Of a stretch of 64,000 nucleotides of DNA, positions 1 to 14,284 are shown in pieces. Each line of letters begins with the position of its first letter. The first letter of the stretch is position 1. The translations under genes and the position numbers were made by a program. Below the pieces are notes generated by a model. That model saw only the letters and a program-made list of their open reading frames with translations. It did no database searches and had not been told where the DNA came from. The DNA lies in assembly GCA_964016885.1 (NCBI GenBank), contig OZ024762.1, forward strand, positions 20,460,001 through 20,524,000, in the 5' to 3' direction. The stretch is from Eledone cirrhosa. Lineage: Eukaryota.

Positions 1-921
1 CCACTTTACAGTGTGGGCTGGGTGCCTTTTGCCGTGATAGCTACACAACCAGTTTACAGTGGTAATGGTAAAACACATTTGAAGAATGCTCAGCCACTTG
101 TCACTCAAAAGGGGGACCAGCCACTTGACACACCACACTGAGTCCCTTTGTGGACTACATCAATAAAACGCATGTGAAGAATGCTCAGCAGATTAATTTC
201 ACAAGCAGGTTGTTCCATTGATCGCATCAACTGGAACACTGTGTTGTCGGAAGTGATAGAGGTCCAGTGACCTTACGTGCGTTAATGGAACGAGTAAAGT
301 GAATTGGTAGCCACCGGGATTGAAAACTGTCTCCTAGACTTGGAAACTCGCCAAGAATTTAGCTCGGACTTTTTCAATGCTGCCACATTATAAATATCTA
401 TAGTGTATAAACGATAAATCACATCATATGTCAACCGGGAAGAGGGGGGGGGGGTCTGAAATAGATTCTTCTAGAAGACACAATTTATTTCTTTAGCACT
501 TATAATAGGTGAAGATTATGGAAGGGGTGGTGGCATGATGGAAGGGGTGGAAGGAAGAGTCGGAAAAGGGAGAAATGGGGCGGTAGTGGTGGTCGTGGAG
601 GAGATAGGGTAAGGATTGGGGGGGTGGATGAAGGCAATGGTGGATGAGGGTGATAATGGATGGTGGCTGATGATGGATGAAGGGGGGGGTTATGGCGGTA
701 GTGGTAGTGGGGGGGGTCGGAAAAGTTAGAAATGTGGTGGTGGTGGTGGAGGAGATGAGATAATAATGGGGTGGTGGTGGTGGAGGAGATGGGATAATAA
801 TGGGGTGGTGGTGTGGGTGGGGAGAACTGAAGAGAAGTTCACAAAGTTTTAAAGAAAAAAAGTTATAAATAGTTTCTTCTGAATCTTTAAATTGAATCCC
901 ATCATTGTGATGAACCACTGA

Positions 922-924
<3 letters not shown>

Positions 925-972
<48 letters not shown>

Positions 973-985
973 TTATATATATATA

Positions 986-1081
<96 letters not shown>

Positions 1082-1101
1082 ATATATATATATATATATT
1101 A

Positions 1102-1133
<32 letters not shown>

Positions 1134-1149
1134 ATATATATATATATAT

Positions 1150-1181
<32 letters not shown>

Positions 1182-1185
1182 ATAG

Positions 1186-1216
<31 letters not shown>

Positions 1217-1245
1217 ATATATATATATATATATATATATTATAG

Positions 1246-1278
<33 letters not shown>

Positions 1279-1342
1279 ATATATATATATTATTAGATAT
1301 ATATATATATATATATTATAGATATATATATATATATATTAT

Positions 1343-1389
<47 letters not shown>

Positions 1390-1392
1390 TAT

Positions 1393-1450
<58 letters not shown>

Positions 1451-1504
1451 ATAGATATATATATATATATATATTATAGATATATATATATATATATATT
1501 ATAG

Positions 1505-1578
<74 letters not shown>

Positions 1579-1633
1579 ATATATTATATATATATATATA
1601 TTATATATATATATATATTATATATATATATAT

Positions 1634-1665
<32 letters not shown>

Positions 1666-1807
1666 ATATATTATATATATATATATATTATAATATATAT
1701 ATATTATATATATATATATAATATATATATATATATTATATATATATATATATATTATATATATAATATATATTATATATATATATATTATATACATATA
1801 TTATATC

Positions 1808-1857
<50 letters not shown>

Positions 1858-1945
1858 CATATATATGTATATACATATATATATATAATATATATATATA
1901 CATATATAAATACATAATATATACATATATACATATATATATACA

Positions 1946-2009
<64 letters not shown>

Positions 2010-2450
2010 ATATATATTATATATAATATATATATATATATATTATATATATATATACAAACAATATCTACATATATATGCATACACATACATACATATA
2101 CATACACATACATACATATAGACATACATACATATACATTACATACATACATATACATACATACATATACATACATACATATACATACATACATACATAT
2201 ACATACATACATATACATACATACATATACATACATACATATATATATCATATATATCATATATAAATATATATATATCATATATAAATAACGTGTGTAT
2301 ATGTATATATATATATATTACATATATGTATGTATATAAATAATATATTTGTACACGCGCATGCATTGTGTATATATATATATGCATTTTTGCATGTATA
2401 TGTATATATATAAATATACATATATATATATATATATGTATGTATTTGGA
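925..2450. repeat. (AT)n / (ATAC)n microsatellite tract
   Basis: Directly visible; explains the IYIY ORFs. Similar tracts at ~5760-5970, 12080-12730, 17580-18915, 35260-36980, 41095-42120, 61790-62935. Confidence 0.98.
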
Positions 2451-2654
2451 AGTATATTTTAAGAAAAGGTAATTTTTGTCACATATATCTTATGTATTAG
2501 CAATAAGGTAGATATGGTGGTGGTAGTGGTGGTAGTGGTGGTGGTGTAGTGGTGATGCTACTACCACAGATACACATCAGTTCATGTGGATATATTTCAC
2601 TGTATTTTGGATGTTTTATTGAAACTATACAACTGGACAATAGATTAATACCCC

Positions 2655-3030
2655 ACACACACACACACACTCTCTCACACACACACACACACTCTCTCAC
2701 ACACACACTCTCTCACACACACACACTCTCTCACACACACACACTCTCTCACACACACATACACTCTCACACACACACACACACACTCTCTCACACACAC
2801 ACACTCTCTCACACACACACTCTCTCACACACACACACTCTCTCACACACACACACTCTCACATACACACATACACTCTCTCACACACACATACACTCTC
2901 TCACACACACACACACACTCTCTCACACACACATACACTCTCTCACACACACACACACACACTCTCTCACACACAACTCTCACTCACACACACTCTCTCA
3001 CTCACACACACTCTCTCACTCACACACTCA

Positions 3031-3074
<44 letters not shown>

Positions 3075-3530
3075 CACACACACTCTCACACACACACACT
3101 CTCACACACACCCACACACGCATACACAATCTCACACACCAACATACTTTGTCACGCACACACTGTCACACACTCTCTCTCTCTCACACACACACACACA
3201 CTGTCACACACTCTCTCTCTCTCACACACACACTGTCACACACTCTCTCTCTCTCACACACATATACTGTCACACACACGCGCACTCTCTCTCTCTCTCT
3301 CTCTCACACTCTCTCTCTCTCTCCAACATTTCCACCACATGAATTATGTGAATTATCAACTAAGGAATATTCACTCAACCATGTCATTGGAATTGTATGG
3401 ACCTACACACACAAACTCACACACACACACACACATACACACACACACATACATACACACACATACAGGATACACACACACAGATACTCATACATATAGG
3501 ACACACACATTCTGGACGCACACATACATA
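2655..3530. repeat. (CA)n/(CT)n compound microsatellite
   Basis: Directly visible; source of the HTHT ORF 2549..3499. Confidence 0.97.
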
Positions 3531-3715
3531 CGTTATGTCCTTGAGCAAGACACTTTATTTCACGTTGCCCCTTCTACCCGGAGTTGCGACTGATATCTAG
3601 TATTAGCAATTGGAAAGACCAACGGAAACATTGCTTCCTAGGTCCGATTTGACGAAAGCCGATCGTTCAAAAAAATACATATGTATGCATATATACATAT
3701 ACACAAATATATATG

Positions 3716-4010
3716 TGGAGGCACATGGCTTAGTGGTTAGAGCATTGGCCTTGCAATCAAAAGGTTGTGAGTTCAATTCTCAGACCGGGTGATGTGTTGT
3801 TTCCTTGAGCAAGATACTTTATTTCACATTGCTCCAGTTTACTCAGCTGTAGAAATGAGATAGGGATTGGGGTCCCTATCATTCCACTGCAAAGTGGTCG
3901 TGGAGGTGCCACGACAAAAAAGCACCCAGCTGTAGAAATCAAGCCAGAATCTGTTCCCGTCCCACCCTTGCAAGCAGGGAAAAGTGGACGTAAAATGAAA
4001 TGATGATGAT
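3716..4010 (+). mobile_element. tRNA-derived CORE-type SINE (group A) with RTE-derived 3' part
   Basis: A box TGGCTTAGTGG, B box GAGTTCAATTC, CORE-like CCTTGAGCAAGAYACTTT...CTCAGCTGTAGAAATG, tail CCCACCCTTGCAAGCAGGGAAAAG..(TGA)n. Other copies: 5461-5757(-), 34915-35259(-), 46215-46540(+), 47895-48240(+). Confidence 0.85.
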
Positions 4011-4184
4011 GATATGCATGGAAATGGACAATAAACGATGATGGTGATATATATATATATATATATATATATGATTCCAGTTCTTCAGTGAAATAACAAC
4101 CCAACCAGGAACTGGGCATATCAGAGAATTGACAAAGTTAACACCTCAACAACATATGTACTCGTCTCTACCACACTAATTCAG

Positions 4185-4239
4185 ACTGCCTGAAGAGGTC
4201 ACAGCCAAAGATGACTGTCACCGAAATATATATAGCAGT
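4185..4239 (+). ncRNA. Type I hammerhead ribozyme motif (minimal, Penelope-type)
   Basis: ACTGC-CTGAAGA-GGT cacag..ctgtc ACC-GAAA-TATATATA-GCAGT: stem I ACTGC/GCAGT, intact core, stem II, AT-palindromic stem III. Confidence 0.8.
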
Positions 4240-4392
4240 AATAATCAAAGCCAAATTTTAAATATTTGACTTATTTATTTTAGTTTATTTTATATATATA
4301 TATATATATATATATTAAAATAACATTAAAGTTTAAGCAAAGAATCTTTGGATTTTAGTCTTCACATTTATTATTATTATTATATATATATA

Positions 4393-5245
4393 CTAGCAGC
4401 TGAGCCCGGTTGCACTCGGGGCCACTTTTTAATAAATTAATAATTTGAAAAATATTATTGAAAGTTTATTATAAAGAAGCAGTTTCATGGAAAAAAATAG
4501 AAATAAGCACTTGGGGCTGGACGGTGTACAATAAGAAGTGGAGTGACGTGAAAAGTGTTGTTTATTAACAGCGAAATAGCAATGTCGATGATATGCAAGT
4601 TGAAAAATACTACTTACTGTTAGGGGTGGTTAACATGTATTAGAATTAAAATAAAAACATGCATCCCTTCTTCACAATTTAAGGGTTTTATTTCTTTTGA
4701 TGGAAAACAGTGACCGTACTGCAGAATTGATTTCATAAAACGGTACTGTAGAAGGCAACAGTTTATTAATCTGCATTTTTAAACTTGCATATCATCGACA
4801 TTGCTATTTCGCTGTTAATAAACAACGCTTTTCACGTCGCTCCACTTCTCATTGTACGCCGTCTAGCCCAAGTGCATATTTCTATTTTTTTCCCTGAAAC
4901 TGCTTCTTTATAATAAATTTTCAATAATATTTTTCAAATTATTGGTATTGTATGTTAACAGTGAAAAAACATTGATGAGTTTAAAAATTTGTATGAAATT
5001 GTAAATAACTCATCCAAGTATTAGAACAGGGGGAAATAACTCACCAAACGCGATAGTAAATAGACCGTTTGGGGGACCTAGGGACCACATTTTTCAAGTT
5101 AGAGATTTGAAACCTCGTCTATTTGCTTCCTTGGCACTTTTTACATAGGTGTGTAAATTTTCATGTCAGTCTGACCACGTCTACTACCATTTAACCGTGC
5201 ACATCTGAATTTCAACCACCACCCATTTCACAAATATATATTAGA
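4393..5245 (-). mobile_element. Non-autonomous Helitron
   Basis: Minus strand starts A|TC (5246/5245) and ends CTAG|T (4393) preceded by hairpin CCCG-agtgcaac-CGGG; inserted in an AT tract; internal ~170-bp imperfect inverted repeat 4439-4607/4775-4943. Confidence 0.75.
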
Positions 5246-5265
5246 TTATATTATATATATATATT

Positions 5266-5460
5266 TAGCGGTGGATTGGCAGTATCGGTAGAGGGTCGGA
5301 CGCCATGCTTTGACGCATAGAGTTACGGCCCTTGCCATTCTGAGTTAAAATCCCGCCGAGGTTAACTTTGCCTTTCATCCTTACGGGGTTGATAAAATAA
5401 AGTACCAGTAATGCACTGGGTACTTGGTGGCCTTGTGCCAATAGTAGAAACAATTATTAT
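5266..5460 (+). mobile_element. tRNA-derived SINE (group B)
   Basis: Head GCGGTGGATTGGCAGTATCGGTAGAG, B box GAGTTCAAATCC in most copies, body GCCTTTCATCCTTACGGGGTCGATAAAATAAAGTACCAG, (ATT)n tail. Copies at 6690-7420 (cluster), 13116-13310, 25860-26040(-), 30137-30622, 38495-39170, 60463-60655. Confidence 0.85.
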
Positions 5461-5757
5461 CATCATCATCATTTCATTTTACGTCTGTTTTTTCCCTGCT
5501 TGCAAGGGTGGGACGGGAACTGATTCTGGCTTGATTTCTACAGCTGGATGCCCTTCCTAACACCAACCTCATTTACAGTGAGTGCTGGGTGCTTTTTTGC
5601 CGTGGCACCTCCACCTCATTTCTACAGCTGAGTAAACTGGAGCAATGTGAAATAAAGTGTCTTGCTCAAGGAAACAACACATCACCCGGTCTGAGAATTG
5701 AACTCACAACCTTTCGATTGCAAGACAAATGCTCTAACCACTAAGCCATGTGCCTCC

Positions 5758-5891
<134 letters not shown>

Positions 5892-5917
5892 CTATATATA
5901 TATATATATATATATAT

Positions 5918-5973
<56 letters not shown>

Positions 5974-6052
5974 ATAATAAAATTGAAGGCTAAAATCCAA
6001 AGAGGTCTCGATAAGGAAAATATATATCAAATATATAAGAACTGTAGAGCAA

Positions 6053-6147
6053 ATATTTATTAAAATAACAGAGTAAAGTTTAAGCAAAGAATCGCTGCTT
6101 TCACCCTTAGCAGCGATTCTTTGCTTAAACTTTACTCTGTTATTTTA

Positions 6148-6155
<8 letters not shown>
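6053..6155. repeat. Perfect fold-back inverted repeat (~47-bp arms, 9-nt loop)
   Basis: ATATTTATTAAAATAACAGAG...CGCTGCT ttcaccctt AGCAGCG...TTAATAAATAT, between (TA)n tracts; related fragment at 4314-4366. Confidence 0.9.
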
Positions 6156-6192
<37 letters not shown>

Positions 6193-6273
6193 GTAAACAG
6201 AAATAACAACACAATCAATACAGTATATGGAATGTATATATTAGGTTAACGTTTGATATAGCAGCAAGAGGGT

Positions 6274-6308
6274 CTTCACGTTTCGGGCGCTAGTCCTTCA
6301 TCAGAAGG
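6274..6308 (-). ncRNA. Degenerate minimal hammerhead motif
   Basis: Reverse complement CCTT-CTGATGA-AGGACTAGCGCCC-GAAA-CGTG-AAG; sister copy 51560-51594(-) reads GAAACATA, so the consensus would be GAAACGTA. Confidence 0.55.
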
Positions 6309-6415
6309 AAGAATGAGAAATAAGATAGATTCTTGGCATATATATATATATATATGGCAAGAATTCCTGGCTACCTTATCCAGTAGTGATGGCTAACACA
6401 CAGCATAGACCTATC

Positions 6416-6582
6416 TTAAGGATTGGACCACTTGTTGAAGACATGTAATAGCCCGGCAACGTAAATATCAGCTGATATAGTGTGATTTTCTGAACATTGA
6501 AGATCTAATATCTCTCTGCATTTGTGATGATATGTTGCACAGAAACGATATCGTCCAGGAGACGGGATGTTTACTTTTATCT
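6416..6582 (-). CDS. Candidate terminal exon, unknown protein
   Basis: Non-repetitive island; acceptor tgtgttttgtag|AG; phase-1 frame IKVNIPSPGRYRFCATYHHKCREILDLQCSENHTISADIYVAGLLHVFNKWSNP*. No homology recognised. Confidence 0.22.
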
Positions 6583-9117
6583 CTACAAAACACACCCACC
6601 GTATCTGCTATTAACTAAATGTGTGCACTGTGAACACGTGATTGCATCTGCATTGCTGCAATTCGGCAGATTCATTGAGTGGGCTAGACGCTGGCCAGAG
6701 TTTGTTGACTTAATACCAGCGATCAAGGTTAGCTTTGCCTTTCATCCTTATGGAGTCAATAAAATAAAGTACCAGTAATGCACTGGAGGTAAGGTTGATT
6801 TAATCGCCTTTCCCCTCCCTCTTCAAATTGCTGGCCTTGTGCCTAGAGTAGAAACAATTATTTGGCAGTATCGGCAGTGGGTCGGACGCCATCCTTTGAC
6901 GCATAGAGTTACGGCCCTTGCCATTCTGAGTTCAAATCCTGCCGAGGTTAACTTTGCCTTTCATCCTTACGATAAAATAAAGTACCGGTAATACACTGGG
7001 TAATTGCTGGTCTTGTGCCAAAAGTAGAAACAATTATTATTATTATTATTACTTTTACTTTTAAAGGGCGGTGAATTGGCAGAATTGGTAGAGCATCAGA
7101 CACTATACTCCGGTATAGAGTTATGTCTCTTACGGGGGTCGAAAAATACAGTACCAGTAATGCACTGGGGTTGATTTAACCGACTTTCCTCTCGTCTAAA
7201 ATTGCTGGCCTTGTGCCTAAATCAGAACTCATTGTTGGCAGTATCGGTAGAGGGTCGGATACCATGCTTTGCAGCATAGAGTTACGGCCCTTGCCATTCT
7301 GATTTCAAATTCCGCCGGGGTTAACTCTGCCTTTCATCTTTTACGGAGTCGATAAAATAAAGTACCAGTAATACACTGGGGTAATTGCTGGCCTTGTGCC
7401 TAAATCAGAAATCATTATTATTACTTTTATGATACACAGATAGACACCCCCCCCCCCGTGTTGTGGGATGGAGGCCAGCAAAATTCCCTATCTTGTCTGT
7501 CACCTACTACATCCAATCACCCTCCACCCTCTTCCCATACATAGTTGAGAGAGAGATGGGGGGGGAGGGTAGATAGAGAGGGAAGATGGGGGGGGGAGGC
7601 GAGGATTTGAGAGGGGAAAGAGGGGGAAGAGAGAAAGAAGAAGAGAGGAGGGAGGTATGGAGAGAGGAGAGATGGAGAGATGGAGAGAGAGGGAAGAGGG
7701 TGAGGGGAAAGAGGGGGAAGAAAGAAAGAAAGAAGAGGGGAGAGGGATAGAGAGATGGGTGGGAGAGGTAGATAGAGATGGAGAGAGGGGAGATAGAGGA
7801 GGGAGGGGAGGGGCAGAGGGGGACGGGAGAGAGAGAGAGATGGGGAGACTGAGAGATGGGGTGAGAGAGATGGAGTGAAAGTGGGGCAGAGAAAGAGGGG
7901 AGAGGGCAGTTGAGAGAGAGAGGTAGTGAGGGAGACAGAGAGTGGGTGAGAGGAGAGAGGGAGTGAAGGAGACAGAGAGTGGGTGAGAGGAGAGAGGGAG
8001 TGAAGGAGACAGAGAGTGGGTGAGAGGAGAGAGAGATGGTGGTAGTGGTGAGGTAATTATATATATTGGCAGAAATCTCTGTGGATATTGATATTGGAAA
8101 ATATGGAAACAAGATGCTAAACAACAACAACAATAACAACTATAACAATAACAAGTTCCACTGCAAATGTAACAACAACAACTACCACTGCAACTGCAAC
8201 AACAGTAATTCCCACTGCACACACACACACATGTATGTATGTATACATATATATATTTACATATCACACACATACATATTCATATCACACACACATATAT
8301 TCAAAATGGCTAACTAGCTATACACATATATTCAAAATGGCTGACTAGCTATACACATGTTTTCATTAATCATTATCAAATATATATCCACTAAATTAAA
8401 ATGATTTCCTTGTACCTGTGTATCGGGCTGTCTGTCGATCTTCAGACTGCTATTGGGATTTGTGCTTTGTTGTTGTTATTATTGCTGTTCTTGTCCGTAG
8501 ATAGATACATTGGTAAATATACATAGATAGATAACTATAGAATGACAGACTGGCAGACAGATAAACAGGTAGGGAGGCAAATAGATAAATATATAGGTAG
8601 GCATGTAGGTAGGTAGATAAATAGATTTACAAATATGTATTTAGATAGGTATACAGGTGTAGTTGGATTTCTTTATTGTAGTTAGATAGATAAATATATT
8701 TCTTTATTTGCCACAAGGGCGCACAAGAAAAGGGGACAATACAAGGACATATGCCGGGGATTTTACATACAATCATTTAAAAAAATGTTTAAACAAACAA
8801 ATTCAACAATCGAAATCCCCAATAGGGAGGAAAGTTACAAATGGTAGATAGATAGATAGATTAGAGCGTTTGGGCCCAACAGCTGAGCTCTTGCTGTTTC
8901 AACAGCAAATTCCAGACTCTACTATCCCAAGTATTGAGTAGCCTGCTGAATAATGGTCTTACTAGTGTAAAAGTGTATAATCGTGATCTAGAGAGATAGA
9001 TATATATGTCATTAGGTAGATGTACAGGTAGATTAATATATAGATATGTAATTAAGTAGATAGGTAGGCAGATGGATAAATAAACAAATATGTATGTAAA
9101 TAGATAAATATACATGC

Positions 9118-9493
9118 CAGTAGGCATCTCTAACAAAATAACCCCCCCCCCCCGTCCCACCACCCCCACCCCATCCACACCACCCCGTTCTATGTAAAGT
9201 TATGTTGGTGCCACACCATCCAGGCCGAAACAAATGAGATCGTGTAGGTGTCACGACAAAAAAACACACAGTCCACACTGTAATGTGGCCGTGTAGGCAA
9301 CACGGTAAAAACCTCCCAGACCCACACTGTAAATGTGGTTGGTGTTAGGAAGGGCATCCAACTGTAGAAAACCTGCCAGACAGTCCTATGCGAGCAAGAC
9401 AATCACTCTTGCCTCAAGTGGGACTACCCCCGTCCAAACCCATGCAAGCATGGAACACGGACGTTAAACGTTGATGATGATGATGATGATGAT
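9118..9493 (+). mobile_element. RTE-clade LINE family D, 3' UTR fragment
   Basis: Same sequence follows the RTE C-terminus in the longer copy at 20258-20932; ends GGACGTTAAACG(ATG)n. Copies 10963-11786, 24841-25095, 33757-34240, 50390-50652(-), 55386-56210. Confidence 0.8.
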
Positions 9494-9649
9494 GTGTATA
9501 TATCAATATTCACATCTGTATATTGATATCTATATGAAACTGTAGTAGAGTGGGTAATAGGACGAGAGTCAGAAGTTCGGATCTAGCTGTCGAAATGGCC
9601 AGAGCTCAGCCGTCGGGGTCCTGACTCTTTTCCTATATCTATATATAGA

Positions 9650-10020
9650 TAGATTTCTTTATTAGCCACAAGGGCGCAACAAGAAAGGGGACAATACAAA
9701 GACATGCCGGGGATTTTACATACAGTCGTGTAAAAAATATAAAAACAAACAATTTCAACAATCGAAATCCCCAATAGGGGGGAGACGCCACAAATGGGTT
9801 GTTTAATACCCCGTCGATAGAACAACCCTCAACTCGAGGAGCGTGTTGTGCAAGTGCTCCTTTCTTCCTTTTGCTCTCTTCCTCAACCTACAGGCTTATA
9901 AACAGAGAAGGCCCAATCACTCGGGCCATTTTCGCTTCATTCACCCACCTTTCAGTAAATTTACTGGGGTGCAGTGCCTCTCTCTCCACCCTGATTCTCC
10001 TTCTAAAGTGATACTTAAAG
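9650..10020 (-). mobile_element. Tx1/L1-like LINE 3' end
   Basis: Minus frame FKYHFRRRIRVEREALHPSKFTERWVNEAKMARVIGPSLFISL* resembles a Tx1/L1 ORF2 C-terminus; 3' UTR ends in AATAAA next to GATA repeats; shorter copies 8696-8845(-) and 53643-53715(+). Confidence 0.6.
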
Positions 10021-10215
10021 ATAGATTGGTAGGTGATGTACGTGCATGCGTGAGTGTGATTTTAAGTGTGTATGCAGTGTACATTTTAACAACTCTCCAG
10101 TTTAAATATATATATATATATATATATGCAAAAGTTTTATTTAAGATTGTTGGGTTACAACGAGTAAATATTTTATAACTGATATAAAAGCACTCAACAG
10201 TTTCTGGAGTAGGTT

Positions 10216-10580
10216 TACGATATTAAACAAATGGAAACTATATTTATAAAACCATATTTATTTCGTTATATATATTTCTGGGATATCATATTAAAAATAT
10301 GGTATGCATTCCTCAGACAAAATACAATACATAAGCTGTTTTATAAATAATTATTGACATACCTTATAATAATGCAACTTCCATTTAAAAAGACTACCAA
10401 ATCAACTTTTTAAATGGAAGTTGCATTATTATAAGGTATGTCAATAATTATTTATAAAACAGCTTATGTATTGTATTTTGTCTGAGGAAGGCATACCATA
10501 TTTTTAATATGATATCCCAGAAATATATATAACGAAATAAATATGGTTTTATAAATATAGTTTCCATTTGTTTAATATCG

Positions 10581-10582
<2 letters not shown>
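10216..10582. repeat. Fold-back inverted repeat, 177-bp arms, 13-nt loop, carrying a hammerhead
   Basis: Arms 10216-10392 and 10406-10582; one mismatch seen. Confidence 0.95.
10474..10539 (+). ncRNA. Type I hammerhead ribozyme motif
   Basis: TTTTGT-CTGAGGA-AGGCATACCATAT..ATATGATATCCCA-GAAA-TATATATA-ACGAAA; mirror copy on minus at ~10259-10325. Confidence 0.7.
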
Positions 10583-10613
<31 letters not shown>

Positions 10614-11108
10614 ATACTTGGGGAGGGTCATTTTGTTATAACATTGCCAGAAATAATAACAGAACACACTCAATGTTTGGTTTGGTTTGGATTGGTTTTC
10701 GCTTCCTTCTGTATCTTTTATATCTCCATAGTTAATTTATTTGGCAATCAATGTTTATCATTGATTGACCAGCGGTTAAAAATACAGATATAAATATATA
10801 TATATATATATATATAGTCTATCAAAGTTCTTTCGTTGCACATCTGCGACATCATCTATTATGTTTCCTCCCATTATGTTGTAAAGTTTACGCCATTTTT
10901 ATATATATATATATATACACATACATAGGTAGACAAATAGACAAATAGGTACATATTGATAAGTAGGCATCTCTAACAAAATACACCCCCGTCCCACCAC
11001 CCCCACCCCATCCACACCGCCCCCTTCTATGTAAAGTTATGTTGGTGCCACAAAATCCAGGCCGAAACAAATGAGATCGTGTAGGTGTCACGAAAAAAAA
11101 AACACACA

Positions 11109-11668
11109 GTCCACGCTGTAATGTGGCCGTGTAGGCAACACGGTAAAAACCTCCCAGTCCCACACTGTAAATGTGGTTGGTGTTAGGAAGGGCATCCAGC
11201 TGTAGAAAACCTGCCAGACAGTCCACGCTGTAATGTGGCCGTGTAGGCAACACGATAAAAACCTCCCAGTCCCACACTGTAAATGTGGTTGGTGTTAGGA
11301 AGGGCATCCAGCTGTAGAAAACCTGCCAGACAGTCCACGCTGTAATGTGGCCGTGTAGGCAACACGGTAAAAACCTCCCAGCCCCACACTGTAAATGTGG
11401 TTGGTGTTAGGAAGGGCATCCAGCTGTAGAAAACCTGCCAGACAGTCCACGCTGTAATGTGGCCGTGTAGGCAACACGGTAAAAACCTCCCAGCCCCACA
11501 CTGTAAATGTGGTTGGTGTTAGGAAGGGCATCCAGCTGTAGAAAACCCGCCAGACAGTCCACGCTGTAATGTGGCCGTGTAGGCAACACGGTAAAAACCT
11601 CCCAGTCCCACACTGTAAATGTGGTTGGTGTTAGGAAGGGCATCCAACTGTAGAAAACCCGCCAGACA
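11109..11668 (+). repeat. 5 x 112-bp tandem repeat within RTE family D 3' UTR
   Basis: GTCCACGCTG recurs at 11109, 11221, 11333, 11445, 11557. Confidence 0.95.
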
Positions 11669-12134
11669 GTCCTATGCGAGCAAGACAACCACTCTTGCCT
11701 CAAGTGGGAAAACCCCCGTCCAAACCCATGCAAGCGTGGAACACGGACGTTAAACGATGATGATGATGACGATGATGATGATGATGTGTGTATATATATG
11801 TGTGAATGTGCGTGCAGAGTATATTTTAACAACTCTCCAGTTTAAAAGATGTTTTTTAGTTCACCAGAACTACATTTGGTTCCTCCCTTACTTCCACTTG
11901 CCACTGTCACTTTTAACAGTTTTCATTTTTAGTTTTTCTAATTTTTTTTTTTTTTTTTTAAATATATTTTTTTCTTTCTCTGAGAGAAAAAAGAAAGAAA
12001 GAAAGAAAGAAAGATCATTTGAATGATTTATCTTAAAGTTTGAATTCTGTAAACAAAGAATTTTTTTGAATATATCTAAATGTATATATATATGTGTATA
12101 TATATGTATATATATACCTATATCTCATGTGTAA

Positions 12135-12178
<44 letters not shown>

Positions 12179-12364
12179 TTACACACGAGTATATATATAT
12201 ATATATACATATATATACACACATATATATATGTACATATGCATACACACACTGAGCTTTATAGATTATGATACATATGCATTCACATATATATATATAC
12301 ATATACACACATATATATATATATATACATATACACACATATATATGTATATATATACACATAT

Positions 12365-12405
<41 letters not shown>

Positions 12406-12624
12406 CACATATATATATATATACATATATATATACATATACACATATATACATATATACATATATATATACATATACACATAAATATATATATATATAC
12501 ATATACAGACATATATACATACGTATATATATATATATATACACACACAAATATACATACGTATATATATATATATACACACACAAATATACATATAAAT
12601 ATATATATATACACACAAATATAC

Positions 12625-12663
<39 letters not shown>

Positions 12664-12672
12664 TATATATAC

Positions 12673-12703
<31 letters not shown>

Positions 12704-13005
12704 TACAAACATATACACATAAATATATATATAAAGAGACATAGCTAAACATGTACACACTCGCAATATATATACGTAATTTTTATAACATATATGCAGT
12801 AATTTTTGTAACATCCTGTTAAAATCTACATCTTTGAGATATGTGAAGAAACATATTTTTTATTTCCTTCTTGTTATTTCTAGTTTGTTTTGGGGGTTTT
12901 TTTTTGTTTTATTTTCTACAATTTTGAAAAAAATTTTTTTCTATTTCTCAACGATATTTATCTTCTTCACAACTAATGAATAAAATTATGACCATTCCTA
13001 AATAC

Positions 13006-13099
13006 CTGAAGAACACACTGCAACAGACTTGCTTCCTTCTTGTAAAACAACATGGTTATATTTGTTTGGTGTGCTGTGTATTCCAAGATGGTGAATCAC
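13006..13099 (-). CDS. Candidate internal exon, unknown protein
   Basis: aatgcag|GTGATT...CTTCAG|gtattt; open frame VIHHLGIHSTPNKYNHVVLQEGSKSVAVCSS+G; weak polypyrimidine tract. Confidence 0.2.
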
Positions 13100-13369
13100 C
13101 TGCATTATTAGAACAGGGCGGTGGATTGGCAGTATTGGTAGAGGGTCGGACGCCATGCTTTGACGTATAGAGTTACGGCCCTTGCCATTCCGAGTTCAAA
13201 TCCCGCCAAGATTAACTTTGCCTTTCATCTTTACGGGGTCGATAAAATAAAGTACCAGTAATGCACTGGATAATTGCTGGCCTTGTGCCTAACGTAGAAA
13301 CAATTATTAGAACATTATATTTACCCCTTTTGAGACAAACTTAACTGCTTATGGCCATATCTTGTTTAA

Positions 13370-14284
13370 CTCTTTAGCATTTAAACTGGCCATATCCAGC
13401 CAGAATTTTCTCACCTTTTTCTGTTCAAACTGGCCGTAGCTGGCCAGAATTCTCTCACCTCTTTTTGTTCAAACTGGCTGTAGCTGGCCAGAATACTCTC
13501 ACATCTTTCTGTTCAAACTGGCTGTAGCTGGCCGGAATTCTCTCACCTCTTTCTGTTCAAACTGGCCGTAACTGGCCAGAATTCTCTCACCTCTTTCTGT
13601 TCAAACTGGCAGTAGCTGGCCAGAATTCTCTCACCACTTTCTGTTCAAACTGGCCGTAACTGGCTAGAATTCTCTCACCTCTTTCTGTTCAAACTGGCCT
13701 TAACTGGCCAGAATTCTCTCACCTCTTTCTGTTCAAACTGGCTGTAGCTGGCCAGAATTCTCTCACTTCTTTCTGTTCAAACTGGCCGTAACTGGCCAGA
13801 ATTCTCTCATCTCTTTCTGTTCAAACTGGCCGTAACTGGCCAGAATTCTCTCACCTCTTTCTGTTCAAACTGGCCATAACTGGCCAGAATTCTCTCATCT
13901 CTTTCTGTTCAAACTGGCCGTAACTGGCCAGAATTCTCTCATCTCTTTCTGTTCAAACTGGCCATAACTGGCCAGAATTCTCTCACTTCTTTCTGTTCAA
14001 ACTGGCTATATCCGGCCAGAATTCTCTCACCTCTTTCTGTTCAAACTGGCCAGAATTCTCTCACCTCTTTCTGTTCAAACTGGCTATATCCGGCCAGAAT
14101 TCTCTCACCTCTTTCTGTTCAAGCTGGCCATAACTGGCTGCTCATACTTATGCTAAGGTATTATTCGCAAAATAAATAATATCAAATTCTCATAGATTCA
14201 ATATTGTGTGAGATAATTATGTGAAATAAAGTGTTTATTGTGAAAATACAATAATAAATAGAGAGGAATGTAAATGCTAAAGGG
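13370..14284 (+). mobile_element. piggyBac-type MITE (TTAA TSD) with ~17 x 44-bp internal array
   Basis: TTAA|CYCTTTAGCATTTA...TAAATGCTAAAGGG|TTAA; unit GCCAGAATTCTCTCACCTCTTTCTGTTCAAACTGGCCGTAACTG. Confidence 0.85.
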
